A DNA stretch of 35,848 nt from Trichosphaerium sp. ATCC 40318 (taxonomy: Eukaryota; Protista; Tubulinea), in assembly GCA_038496445.1 (NCBI GenBank), contig JALMLS010000428.1, positions 1-35,848 on the forward strand, in the 5' to 3' direction. Shown here one piece after another: positions 14,788 through 27,583 of this stretch. Position 1 is the first letter of the stretch. Every line of letters starts with the position of its first letter. The position numbers and the translations under genes are program-made. The notes under the pieces were generated by a model. The model did not search any database and was not told the DNA's origin. It worked only from the letters and a program-made list of their open reading frames with translations.

Positions 14788-15533
14788 TGTACAATACTTT
14801 AAAACGTGATTGATTTTACAAAACGCTAAGAAACAGTTTTCTCACTCACGGGTATGGTTTACCGGGCAGTAAGTTCAAAAAAGGACTCAAAAATCTTTTG
14901 TGTATCAAATTGTTTTTCTGTAGGCGTAATTTCGTAGTATTTCTCCTCGCTGTCAGTCCTTTTTTGTAGTTTATACGACTTACACGTCACGTGTAAATAC
15001 GTATTTCCTTATTAAAGATTAACCTAAACGAGTGAAAAGGGTCAGCAACTGAAGGTTACAGTGACAATCGCTTTCACTTTTCTGTTTTTTTCTTAGTGTT
15101 CTTGGTACTCAAACTCAAAAAACCGAAGAAATCGTTGTGTAGAACACGTGAAACTTTTGCGGGTAATCTGTTCCCGAATAAATCTTGCGTATCACAATTT
15201 ATAACCACGCAAGTGCGCTAGCAAAAGCTAAAACAAAAGAGTAATCCAAAGACAAACAACAGAACGAATGGAGTACTTTTTTCAAGTTTTTTTTTTAGGC
15301 GCTAGTAAAAGTTGCTTCGTCATGCCACTCAGTACGTACTTGCTTTATTTCTCCGCTCTTCTACTTACTACAATGGTACGAACTATCTATGAGAGCATAA
15401 AGCGAGATAGTGGTACACCAAGAAGACCCAAAAGTTTACACCAAATACGGTGATAAAATTGTGAATTTACTTCATATTTACAAGTTCTTCACATCAAACA
15501 CAACACTTCTATACTATCACACGTACACGCAAG

Positions 15534-18500
15534 ATGAAGCTATTAGTGTTCATTTTGGCATTATCGATAAGCGTATACGTACGTTTTAAAACGTAAAAAA
15601 ATGACATCGCGTCGAAACAAAAAAACGTGTTTGAGAACGAAACGTTATCTAATTTATGATGATATAGATAAACGCACAAACAGTAAACTCGCTTCGTATG
15701 GTATCATCCGACGATGGTAGCGTAATTAAGACAATACAGAACGGAGACATATTTAACACTCACATGGTCGGTGATGGACTAAATGTTGAATCACTAGTAT
15801 CTGGAGTAGGCTCTGTAGCATACGTACTCGATGGAACAATTAATAGACTCGAAAATGTTGCCGCATACTTTTTATACGGTAACTCTGGTCCTATACCTGA
15901 CCCATGGCCTGCTGCAAATCTATATGGTAGTCATACTTTAGCTGTCACCGCACACTCTGGTGCTGGCGCAACTGGAAGCAGTTCGGCAGTTTTCAACAGA
16001 AACTTTCAAAGCACGTGATTTTTATGACAAAATAATAATATTTACTTTCTTCTGGTCTTCTTTTACTGGATATATTTGATTAACACGTTTTCTTAGTTGT
16101 TAATACAATTGCTGGTTCCGCTCCAGGTAGAACTGAAGCTGAAGACTTCTCTGGGTTCTTTGATACAACTCCTGGTAACTCTGGTATGTCATAGATTCTC
16201 CCCGCATTTTTTTTTTATTTTATTTTTTTTCTCAGTTCACACAACATACAACAGTTGAACATTTGTTTCGAAAATAGACGTAGTATTTGGCGTAATAATA
16301 TTTTGTTAGGTGGACAAGCATGTGGCGCTAACCAAGGCGGCTCAAACCTTGTTGATTTACAACTAACAACTGATAATGGTGGCGGCTGTAATGTTGGTTG
16401 GGTTGCTGCAAACGAGTACTTGGACTTCGTTATTGATTTTTCAACAACTGGCGCGTTTAACCTCGATGCACGTGTAGCAGCAAACGGAAATACCGCAAAG
16501 TCAATTGACATCCTTGTTGATGGTGTTAACAAGGGTACAGTATCATGGACTGGTACAGGAGGTGAGTCCAAAGAAAGATAGTTTAGATTTTGTTCTTTTT
16601 TCTTTATCTGACTTTTTTTCACTTCAGGTTGGCAAACATGGCAAACACACTCAACAAATATCGGCACTGTAACTGCTGGTATTCATACAGTCCGTGTTTT
16701 ATTTACGTCATCTGGCTTGAACTTGAACTGGATCGATATTTCATCAACTTCAACACAACCTCCAGCTCCTTCACCTCCAGCGCAAGTTACAACTGATGGC
16801 AAACGATTCCATCCTGTTGTAGTACGTCATATTTTCTCCCTGTTTCTGCTAGAGGTATTTCTTATTGACTAACACTTTAGGTTACTTTCACAGGACCTTC
16901 AAGAAGCGAAACATCTGCCGCTACTTTTACCAATTTCAGACTTAACTGTGCTTTCACACGTGGTGGAACAACTTGGAATATTGCTGGTTTCTTTGCTGCT
17001 GATGGTAACGCTGAGGAGACATCTGCTACATCTGGTAACAAATGGCGTTGTATCTTTACACCTCCACTTGCTGGTACGCCCCTTTTTTAGTTTGTTCAAA
17101 TCTTGCTTTCTTTAGCATTTTCTGTTTCCACTTCATACTCTCTTTTGCTGATATCCTAATTCAGGTACTTACACTGTTACCGCTTCTTTCCGTACTGGTA
17201 CAGATGTTGCTTTGTCTACTTCCCCTACTGCTGGAACTGCGACTTCATTTGATGGAGTAAGTGCTTCATTTTCGATAAGTGGAGTTGGCACTGACAAGAG
17301 GTTCGTAAAGCATGCACATGTTTTGCTCTAATTTACTTTCTTAGGAATAACGGTATTCTTGAATATGTTGGAGAGCATTACATGAGATATTCAAGATCAG
17401 GAGACTACTTCATCAAGGGAGGAGCCGATTCTCCAGAAAACTTTTTGGGTACTTATTTTTTCCCTTTTTCCTTTTCACAAAGTTTTGTACTCTTTTATTG
17501 ACTTTGGGTTCGTAGCATACTGGGAGTTCGATAACACAGAAGACAAACATAGATACAATCCTCACGCTGGTGACTGGAATACAGGTGATCCTGTTTTTAA
17601 AGGAAACAAGGGTAAAAACATTATTGGTGCTGTGAATTACCTCGCTGGAAAGGGAATGAACTCAATCTATTTTGTAACAATGAACGCTCCTTTAGGAGAT
17701 GGTATGTCCTTTTTTTTGTCACCATTACCCTCAATACAATTGTTCTGAGCGTTTTCTAATCGATATAACTCAACAGGTAAGGATGTGTTCCCATGGATCA
17801 CTAAAACCGATCGTTTCAAATTCGATGTTAGTAAACTTGCTCAATGGGATGTCATTTTCACGCACATGGACACCAAAGGTACCTAGATTTCTATTTATAC
17901 TTGACACATATCTATTAATAACTAATGTCTTTATAAAGGTGTTATGCTTCATATTGTTACACAAGAAACTGAGAATGATCAACAACTTGATGGAGGTGCT
18001 TTGGGAAGAGAAAGAAAAGTTTACTACAGAGAACTTGTTGCTCGTTTCGGATACCATCTTGCTATCACTTGGAATCTTGGTGAAGAAAACACTAACACTG
18101 ATGCACAACGTTCTCAATTTACTGATTATATTGATGGATTAGATGCTTACAAGCATTTGATCGTATGTCATACATACCCAGGACAGCAGGTACACAACTT
18201 AGCACAACATAAGTTTCTACTTTTTTTTTTCTTGCTAACATTTTTTTCTCCTTAGGAACTACGCTACCGCGCTCTTATTGGAAAACCAAACTTCCTTGGT
18301 GCTTCTATTCAAATAAGTATTGGCAATACTGCTGGTGAAGTAAAGAAATGGTGGGAAGAAACAGTAAGTTTGAGCTTAATTGTTTCAAGTGTCTTAATGA
18401 CAAACTAATAGGAAGCTGTTGGACCAAAATGGGTTATCACTTCTGATGAAATCGGTCCTGCAAGTATTGGTGTGAGGCCTGATCCTCCAAATGCTAATCA

Positions 18501-19077
18501 TATTGAAGTCCGTACTAAAGTACTTTGGGGTACTATCCTACAAGGTAAGGAGCCAACCTCTCCAATATGAAAAACAGTCAATTACGTTTTTGAGAACTCG
18601 ACTAAATTTCCTTTGTACAGGTGGTGCTGGTGCCGAATATTATTTTGGATACCAACAACCTCATAACGATCTTAACTTGGAAGACTTCAGGTCACGTGAT
18701 TCTGTTTGGGGATGGACAAAACACGCCATTGATTTTATGGCTGGGTACGAAAAAAAAACCAAAACTATCACATTTGCATGGTCTCTTACTGTATTTCTAG
18801 CATACCTTTCGTTAGTATGGCTCCATGTGCCAACAACCTTGGAAGCGGTTACTGCTTTAAGAACTCTAACTTCTTCGTTGTATCTATGCCTACTGGCGGT
18901 ACACTGAATGTTAGTACAGAGCTCGGAACTGGAACATGGGTTGTACAATTCTTTAACCCAAGAAATGGCGCTTATAACTCTGTTCAAACAATTAGCGGTT
19001 CATCAATAACAGCACCTGATTCACAAGATTGGGTAGCTATTGTAAAACCACAAGGTTATAATATCCCTACAAACTAG
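15534..19077 (+). CDS. Secreted multidomain protein: signal peptide, beta-rich domain, CBM6, DUF5060 plus putative glycoside-hydrolase-like domain (bacterial type); many introns
   Basis: [15 protein letters not shown] signal; CBM6 motifs EAEDF...[11 protein letters not shown]...TGGWQTWQT...LNLNWI; [77 protein letters not shown] resemble bacterial DUF5060-containing proteins (recognised from memory, not searched). Confidence 0.82.
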
Positions 19078-20599
19078 ACTACACTAGAATCAAATACAAT
19101 GCAATAAATTTTTAGTCAATTCGAAAAAAAAAGTTATCCCTTTATCTCCTGACTCAAGACTAGAACCTAGCACATAGAAAATTATTTACGAATGTCCTTA
19201 CGGAATCAGTATACGCTATAAAAACATCAATTTTGTAAACATCTATGTTGAGTAGTAGTTGTATTGCCGTCGTTTTAGGCTAGAAAACTCTCATTTTTGC
19301 AACACTAAATACTTTGCAGCACCGCTCTGTCTTAAAAAGTGAATACTTGCAACAGTGTACTTTACCATAAAGCGATACTGACGCAGGAACGTGTCAGGAA
19401 ACGTTGCCTATACCCTGTCATAGGGCAACGAATGGTAATGTTGTCGTGAAACATAAATACAGCTTTCGGTTGTAACCTTAAGGCAAAGTAACAAAATTGT
19501 AATAAATCAGCATAGGAAGAAAACTTGATGCTCCCCCTTATTGTTACACGTTGAACAAAACAGAAACAATACTCCACAATATGAAGCCTGCTTCATTGAA
19601 TGTTGTTTAAGTCTTTAGTTTTTTTCTTGTTTTAAAGAGATATGGTTGACCTTGAATGGCGGGTAGTGCAACACCATGTAGAATTGCAACAAGGATTTGT
19701 AAAAACAGGCAAGCCTGCAACGGTACAAGAAGACCAAAATAAAAAATTAGCATAAACGGTTTCGTGCTTTGGTAGGAATAACACCAACAGCGTTTAAACT
19801 GCTGAGAACAGATACACCACTTGATTTTAGCCAATAGGCCGAGAAGTGGCCTATAATAATCTCAACCAACCCCTACCTAAATTTTTTTCAATGAAGAAAA
19901 ATGTCCAATGCACCAAAAATAACAAAAAGCACGTGTTCAATCAACACACGCTGTCCAACTTCAAAGTGGTTTTTGCTTAAAACTAACATTGCTAGCACAA
20001 TCATACTATACATGATGTATCAAATGTCAAATAAACACTGGATTACCACGTGTATTTGAAAGCGGTTATGCGTATTTTTATTCAAAGACATCTAACCAAC
20101 AATTACATACCATTAATTGCATACAAGATATAATTCCTCTAATAACCAAAAACGCGAAGCTACAAACTTGGCCCAAAATGTTGTAAGCTAATTCAAAAGT
20201 AAACTACTGCTAGCTTTATTAGGACTGTTCATTATTCCTAAACAGAAGTCGTAACTACTCTACCACCAATCAGCTGTTACAGTTCTAACACTCTCAGTTG
20301 ACTTTCTTCTATCAACTAACCAAGGAATACTAACTAAGACGATGTTGGGAGGAAGGCAAAATATCTTGTGGCTCTAGCGCAGTGCCAAGCATTTGTTATA
20401 TGATACAAGAACACTTGGAAAATAAAAGAAAGGTTGTTGCAGTTTTGAAAACAAATTGAAAAGGAAATTTTTGGGTGGGATGTGGGTGATTGCTGCTCGC
20501 CATGTTGTTTAAGCTTTGTCGGTAGTTGTTGTTTTATACGAAGTCAACTGAAGTTTACCCAAACGTTTGTAACGGAGTAAAACACGTATACAGCCATGA

Positions 20600-21090
20600 A
20601 ACTAGTATCTATGTGTCAATTCTTCTTTGACTCCTTTGTCTTCTGCTATTGCTCCTTTGGACAATGAGATGCTATAAGCCTGTGAGCGCAAGTGTTCTTA
20701 AACCTGCATCTGTTATTGATTTACAAGACCGCAAGCAAATAGTATGTACACCTGCCAATACCTTTAAGCCTTCATCTATTACATTTGTGTTTGACAAATT
20801 AATCTTATGTGCACCTGCCAATGATGCAATGCCATAATCTGTTTGATAAATCAATCTAATGTACACCTATCAAAGTGTAAGATATTGCAAGAACTATCAG
20901 ACCCGTAATATCTTGTCAGTTTTTGCTGTCAACTAAATCACATTTCAAACGTTGTATCTGCTATTTCTGTAAGAACTAACATAACTTGCAAGACTGTCAG
21001 ATCTGACTAAACACGAAAACCAACAGCCACAAACAACAAAAAATTTGCACAGTTTTGCAAACTTGAATGATACGGACAATATTAATTACA
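20600..21090 (-). pseudogene. Relic of the F-box/LRR family (paralogue of 27584-28474 and 31147-32466)
   Basis: GIASLAGAHKINLSNTNVIDEGLKVLAGVHTICLRSCKSITDAGL carries the same repeat consensus; the surrounding frames are broken. Boundaries are approximate. Confidence 0.75.
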
Positions 21091-21323
21091 AGGCATGTGA
21101 TATTGCAATAACATACGTATCTGCATTTACACGCGTCATACGTTTGCCTAGCTGTTTTATCATAGTAACACGTGATAATTCAAAACTTGACTCAATGGGT
21201 TGAAAGGCTTCTAAAATAAAATGCCAACAAAAAATCAATTTATTTATAGTTTGCTTAACACTAGCACTGAGATAGCAAGTCACATACAACATGCATGTGG
21301 TTACTATATAGATATACACTCGC

Positions 21324-21721
21324 TTAATCACATCTATAGCGGGATACTTTCGCATTAGTACCAATCGTCATGAAACCATTATAAGTATTACATCTTCCAG
21401 CACTAGGTGTTCTCTGATTGCATCGTTTACCGCAGTTTTTCTTGCCTGATATGTGGTCATACTATACTTAGAAGTGAGTCGAAAGTTGAACAGCGTAGAC
21501 AATGGAAAAGTGCGTACGCCGTCATAACTCGTTTTAGGGCAAGATCCCCAAATGTCAGAGCAAAAAGTTCCCGAACCTCCCTCAGTTTTTTCATACAGCC
21601 TTGAACACCATTTGCCTATGCACGCTTCTGCCTCTTCGTCATTTCCTGATACAGGACATGCGAACATAAAGACTACAAAAAGAATAGCCAAGGATAGCGT
21701 AGGTAAAGATAAGTTGCTCAT
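21324..21721 (-). CDS. Small secreted cysteine-rich protein (113 aa, 2 exons)
   Basis: Exon 1 at 21721-21518, a 56-nt GTACGC...TATAG intron, exon 2 at 21461-21324 (YDHISGKKNCGKRCNQRTPSAGRCNTYNGFMTIGTNAKVSRYRCD*). Signal peptide plus 8 Cys in the mature part. Confidence 0.7.
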
Positions 21722-23509
21722 TGTGAGTGATAATAATTTTTTGAGTGAAAAGGTGTAGAGAGTTTTTCAAGAGTTTGTCCGATGTAATCCCGATTTCACA
21801 TAACACGAAACTACACGACTCTCACGACTGTACACGAGGACCACAAACCTAAGGCAAAGGTTGCCTGTTGAAATAAGCCAAAACTGGTACAGCGAACAAC
21901 GTCAGCTGCCTGTTGTATTAAGGAATGTAACAACATCCGCAAAAAAGGTTGTATCTTTTTGTAGCACGTAGAGTATGTAGTAACTTTGGACATACAAAAG
22001 AGACCAACGCCTATTTGAGCGCTATAACCCAATCTTAATTGTCAACTTACAATGGCATTGCTTTTATTTACATTCCACGGATAGTATGCACCACAGTATG
22101 TATAATTATGTTAATCAAGCAAAGGGTGAATCGTGCAAAACATACAGAGTTGACTAGCACAATGTGAATGTATCACATGAGAAAGCACCTAGGCTAAACA
22201 ATAATTCGACAAAATGCGTGGTATGTCGCATAAGGTCCTGTCATACTCTAATATAGTGTACACACGTTCTGTATTGTCAGGAAGTTTTTTTCATTGGTGG
22301 GAAGAGCGTTTGTCAATTGTACTTAAAAAGAGTCAAAGCTGGCTTGTGGTTTATTTTTGTGATTGCTTTATTATGTACAGATGTACTAGATGAGGTGTTG
22401 AAGGCCTTGGCAAGTGTGTAACCTATTAAAACCCAGCGTCAATCAAAAAATGCGAGCTAGAAAAATGTACAGTCAATATAGAAATACTACATACACTACC
22501 TCTCTACTTTCGCTACCTTTTAGTAGCACTGTACTGGTAGTTTGCTCTCGCTTGCAAACGCCAAAGTGCCTTAAAATAGGCCCATACTATAGGTTGCTTT
22601 GTTGATTTGTAGTAGCAATAAATAGAGCATCAAACAACGACAGTAAGTAGTCGAGGAATTCGTGATTCATAGCAAGTCTCTGGTTTTTATCAATGGCAAG
22701 TATTTGCAAAATGCTATCAAGAAAAGGTGAGACTTTTTTTGTTAGAAAATAGTTGTTCTCAACTTGCTGATTATGAACGCGTGATATGTCCGAAGAGAAA
22801 AATCAAGCCGTTATATACCTACAGGCACTGATACGTGGATTACTTGTAAATATATAAACCGAGAAGGTTGAGAAATAGAGTTGTACATTAGAACATGACC
22901 AACTTTTTTTGTGGGATTCCAAAGGATAATGCGTAAATGTTAATACCCGCCCAATACTTCTATGTGTAAACGAAAGCCTAAACTGGGAGTTATCCAGCAG
23001 TGCATTATCATTTGAATACGAAGGACTAAGACCAACTCGCAACCTTATCACGACAGCAACAGGATAGCATAGTTGTATAAAAAATTTCCCAGTGTCCTTT
23101 TCTTAAACTCACATACGTGGTGTCAAAACACTTCCAGTACCTCCCTTTTTCGATTTTTTTATTTGACATTGTGTTGTAAATAAATCCTTGACGCTCGCTC
23201 TGCGCTCAAGCTATCTGTCAGGGACAGATATGTTCCTTTCCTCCCAAAGATCATCTAGCTGTCTCAGGTTGGTTGATTGAGGATGTGGTCTAAACACAGA
23301 CATAATTTCAAAGGGAAAAGCTATGTACGAATAAAATTTTAAGACGTAAAATGCGTACTTAAGTTTTTTTGCCAGGCAAAAACAAACTGCTTACTTTTTT
23401 CACAATGCAAGTTAAACTAACCATTTTTTATTAAACTTATACACAAGTACTGGCGCTGATCAAGTCAAAAATCCACCCAAAGCCTAGGTACTTTGTTATT
23501 CGCAATGCC

Positions 23510-25187
23510 TTAATAACCAGCCACATCTAGAGCTCTGGACACCATCACACTTTTGAAAACATCACATAAGTTGACAGAGAAGTGAAGAATTGAGTAGTAA
23601 TGAAAATATGAGTATGCTGTAGTCATTGTGCTGCTTCCCTCTTCATCTGTGACTGCTCCTTCATACATATGAGAAGTGAATAATAGCCGTAGGTACTCAA
23701 AAATAGAGTCCATTGTGTCTAGAAAGAAAGCGTTAGTTAAAGAGCTTGGTCCATCTCAAAATTCAAATAGAAAAGGGGTAAAGGATTACCTTCAGGGCAA
23801 TCTGGGAACTTCTCACAGAACTCACTAGGTACTATATGGTCATCTTTGTAGATAAATATAGCCATACTACAACCTTTAGTTTTATAAAGGATATTACACC
23901 ACAACGAGTACTCATGTATTGATCTGTGTAGTTTTGTGCCGAAGATTGGGTCATGTACACGGTATTCACCAAGTACAATTAGTTGTACATTATTAAACAA
24001 TCGTTTCCGTATGCAAGTTTATCTTGTATGACGTTTTGGAATAGTGTGTGAGACATTGAAGGGTACATAGTCAACCTAGGAAAAATATAAAGACCAATCA
24101 CGTGACAGTTTTTTTTTTTTCCACTTGTACATCATATCAGTACTTGACATATTACTAATATATTCAAGAGGTTTATCAGTATGTAGGAGTGTACAACACA
24201 TGTTTTCAATATGTTCTGGTATCACAGTGTATTCTTTATCCAGTATCATTGAAGCAGCTTTTTCGAAACTATCACATTGAGATTGTTAGTACTCCAAGAA
24301 AGGACAAAAAACCTGTACTATTTGGCTCGCTCATCATCTTCAACATCAATTGTTTCAAGGCCTTCAGCAATCAGTTCTTGAGCAATTGAGGACTTAATTA
24401 CCTCTGCACATTTACTCTAGGTATCACATGTAAGTTGTGGTGTAAGTGTAAGTTGTGGTATAAGCTAACAAAGGTGTTCTTCGATACCTCAGGATTGTCT
24501 TTTGATGCCTTCAAAGCAACAGAAAGTGTGTATTTTTGAATACATCTCTTGAACGGAGAAAAGTCTGGTGCCACTATTGACCTTGCAACACCTCCCACGC
24601 ACATGTGCATATTGTTTCCAAGGAAAAGGACATTCATTCGATACTGTTTTTTTTCCCTTTTAAGTATAGAGGAGATTTTTCGGTCAGGTAAGTTTTGATG
24701 TTTCATTCTTTTCTTCATGCGGTTTGTGTGCTTTCGCTTGGAGAGTGTCTTCTGAACCGTGTATGGATTCAAACCGGCTTTATAATACTTGTTTAAGAAT
24801 GCATATGTGCTAGCTCTGCTCTTGATAATCAACAGTAAGTCATAAACAGATAATAGTACAGCGTATCAAAAAATAGACCCAACTTACTCTACTGACTTCG
24901 AATAGCCACGTGAACTGACTCTGGCAATACTTCGAATACGGCTTTGCTGTTTGTGATATAGCAAGAATACATTTGGCATCTAGAAAGCTTATCACGTGCC
25001 ATACAATCTCGGTTGGGAGCTCTAAAGAACAAAGGAAAAAGGTTATTTCAAACATCAGAGAAGTTGTTGGAATCTCATTCATTACCTGTGAAGTTAGTGA
25101 ATGTCGTCACCTTGGCGTTTATGGAAGTGATGGCATTAGTAGAATTGGATCCACGCTTCTTGTATCGGAGTGATACGAATGGTTCAT
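23510..25187 (-). pseudogene. F-box fused to a degenerate heterotrimeric G-protein alpha-like domain; intron-containing, with a stop and frameshifts
   Basis: F-box ELPTEIVWHVISFLDAKCILAISQTAK, then G-alpha-colinear blocks: DRKISSILKREKKQYRMNVLFLG; LDKEYTVIPEHI; LGEY...TKLHRSIHEYSLWC...SMAIFIYKDD; FCEKFPD; IFEYLRLLF; DVFKSVMVSRALDVAGY*. In-frame TAG at 24318-24320 and apparent frameshifts near 25150, 24260-24300 and 23985. Confidence 0.68.
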
Positions 25188-25901
25188 TGTGAGAGACGAT
25201 GTATTGATGAACACTAAAAGTTCAAACGGTTTAATGTTTGCCCCATTCACAAGAAAACTGTAAAACCGCAAAAAACGCAACCAATGCGTTTGTTGTAGCT
25301 TTGAGAACAAAAAACGAGCGATAAGCTTCACATACTGTTGACATGCTTCCAATATAGATACAGACGCAAAATTAGGTCGTTTACTGACCCGCCAAGCCAA
25401 TATATCTTCAAAAACCTGTTTTTTCTAAACAAACGGCTTAGATCCAAGTCTAAAGTGCCAAAACAACCTTTCGCAATACCAAGATGTCGTACGCTTCCAT
25501 TACTTGACTGTGGTTTATGGTATTGACTTTATTTGTACACAAGATTTACTACAATTCTACTTCAATTTTAAGTTTTGTCTTTAAGGGTATTTGCGGCCCT
25601 TTGTAAATGCTTTATCACGTGATAAGCTTTGTTCGTAGAGTATATCGCACGTGTTCCTATAAAACATAAGTTACATTTATCGTACCGTTAAGGGAATGTA
25701 GTATCAACATCAAACTACCACGCAATACGTTCAACAACCTTGTAATTGTTGCTCTACCTTTGTGTGACTGGTGCCAAAATATAAGTTCATTGTTTTCACA
25801 CTGACACATTTGTAGCCACTCACACAACGTCGTGGTGTAGTAGAAATTGATCCGGATTTACTGTAAATTTTCAAGAGAAACACGTTTTTATTGTTTTGAT
25901 C

Positions 25902-26765
25902 TTAGTCTTGGGAAAGAACATGACCGAATAGTTTCATTTCGTTGGTTCTTGTCCATTCTACAAGACGTTCAACTTTATCCTTACGGTCTCCGCTCATTTC
26001 CAAACCGAGACGCTCAAGACGCTCATCAAGACCGTTGGCATCAAGGGTAGAATACTCCCAGATAAGTACCTAAAGAAGCAAACAGTAAGAGACAGATTCT
26101 GAAAAATTCAAGAAACTTTTAATCATCGCTTCTACTTCACGGTTGACGCGCAGAAATAGATAAAATGCACGCCAAGTATTACAGGGATATCAATCCATGA
26201 ATTACACGAGGGTAGGCGAAGAAGATTGAAAAGAAAAAAAAAAACTGAAAAGTTTTCTCCGTCTTCTTTTTGGACTTTGTTTTCGTACAGATTTTGGAGT
26301 TAAAAGAGGTTCTGATTGGTTAGGACAATCGTCACATGGACCAGCATCGACAGGGGAGCAGTTAGAAGTGTTTGTAGGTTGACCGCCGGACATAATCTAA
26401 AGAATATGAGCAAACAACGCTAAAGCACCCAGCGTAAACAAAGGGGCTGTTAATCTGGCGTTTTTGGAAAAAAAAATTTCAAATGGGAAAACGTAGTGTA
26501 CCTCCTTGCAGAAACAGATCCTTGGGAAACCGCAGGCATCTTCGTTACAGCTTGGTACCAAGCAACCAGAACCTATAAAGCAAGGTTAACGGAAAAAAAC
26601 GGACAAAAGTGGTAAAACACCGATTAAACGACTCTTTTAATACGTACCAGCGCCACAATGTTTGTTTTTGAAGCAAGAGCATACATTGTTTCCAAAGAGA
26701 CTGCATTCTTCAGCGGTTGCCAAAGCAACAAGAACGAAAAGAGTTATAGCTACTAGCTGTGTCAT
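25902..26765 (-). CDS. Secreted Cys-rich protein with a C-terminal SAP-like domain (4 exons, missed by the ORF track)
   Basis: MTQLVAITLFVLVALATAEECSLFGNNVCSCFKNKHCGA|GSGCLVPSCNEDACGFPRICFCKE|IMSGGQPTNTSNCSPVDAGPCDDCPNQSEPLLTPKS|VLIWEYSTLDANGLDERLERLGLEMSGDRKDKVERLVEWTRTNEMKLFGHVLSQD*. All three junctions are GT-AG and phase-compatible. Confidence 0.72.
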
Positions 26766-27583
26766 TTATGGTTTTAGAAATGTTGTAGTGATTTTTTTTT
26801 CACTTTAAGTTAACTACAGCTTAAACCAAGGTTAATCTATCGCTTTGGTCTTTAGTGGGTTCAGAAAAAAAAGTTTTGCCTGGAGGATTTGACTTGAAAT
26901 GCTATCCTAAGTTAGTGTTAACCCTACTTGTTAAAAAGCCACTCCCAATTTGTAGCAGACAGACATGCTAGAGTGTACCAAATCCACAAAATTGGGTTCT
27001 TCGCCGTTTCGTGCTTTCATGTTGAGCTCAAGTGTGAGCTATTTTTTTGTTATATTGTATAAAGGATTGTTAAAACAAATTGTAAGACTAAACTCGAAAA
27101 CCAAAAAAAGTTCAAACATAAAACAATATTGTAACGAAATTCAACGGATTTTCTGCTCAGGATTTTGGCCTTACTGATAAGGAGTTGCCGTTATCTGCAA
27201 CTAAGCAAAGCCTTATGGCTTATCTGAATAACTTGGGACGTGTCTAACAGTGCTTGTTCACTGATAATACTGGGTAGTTGCTACTTAATGTTTCCATTCA
27301 ACTCACTTTCAGAACGTTGGGAATATGAGACAAACCACTACTTCTTCTTTTGTGTTGCGACTATTGGTTATGTTAATATATACCACTTATAAAACAGGGT
27401 TGATTTTATACTGTCAATGGCGCGTTATAATAATGACGCGATCTCGAACTCCAGTATGGACTTTCTCATATTTTTATTGTTTTTGTTAGTATTGTAGCCA
27501 CTTCGTCCGAAGCGGGAGAGCTAAGTTCTGGAATGCAGGAAATTGGTTTATGGGTGTTTACTACAGTTTGTACACGTGTTAGT

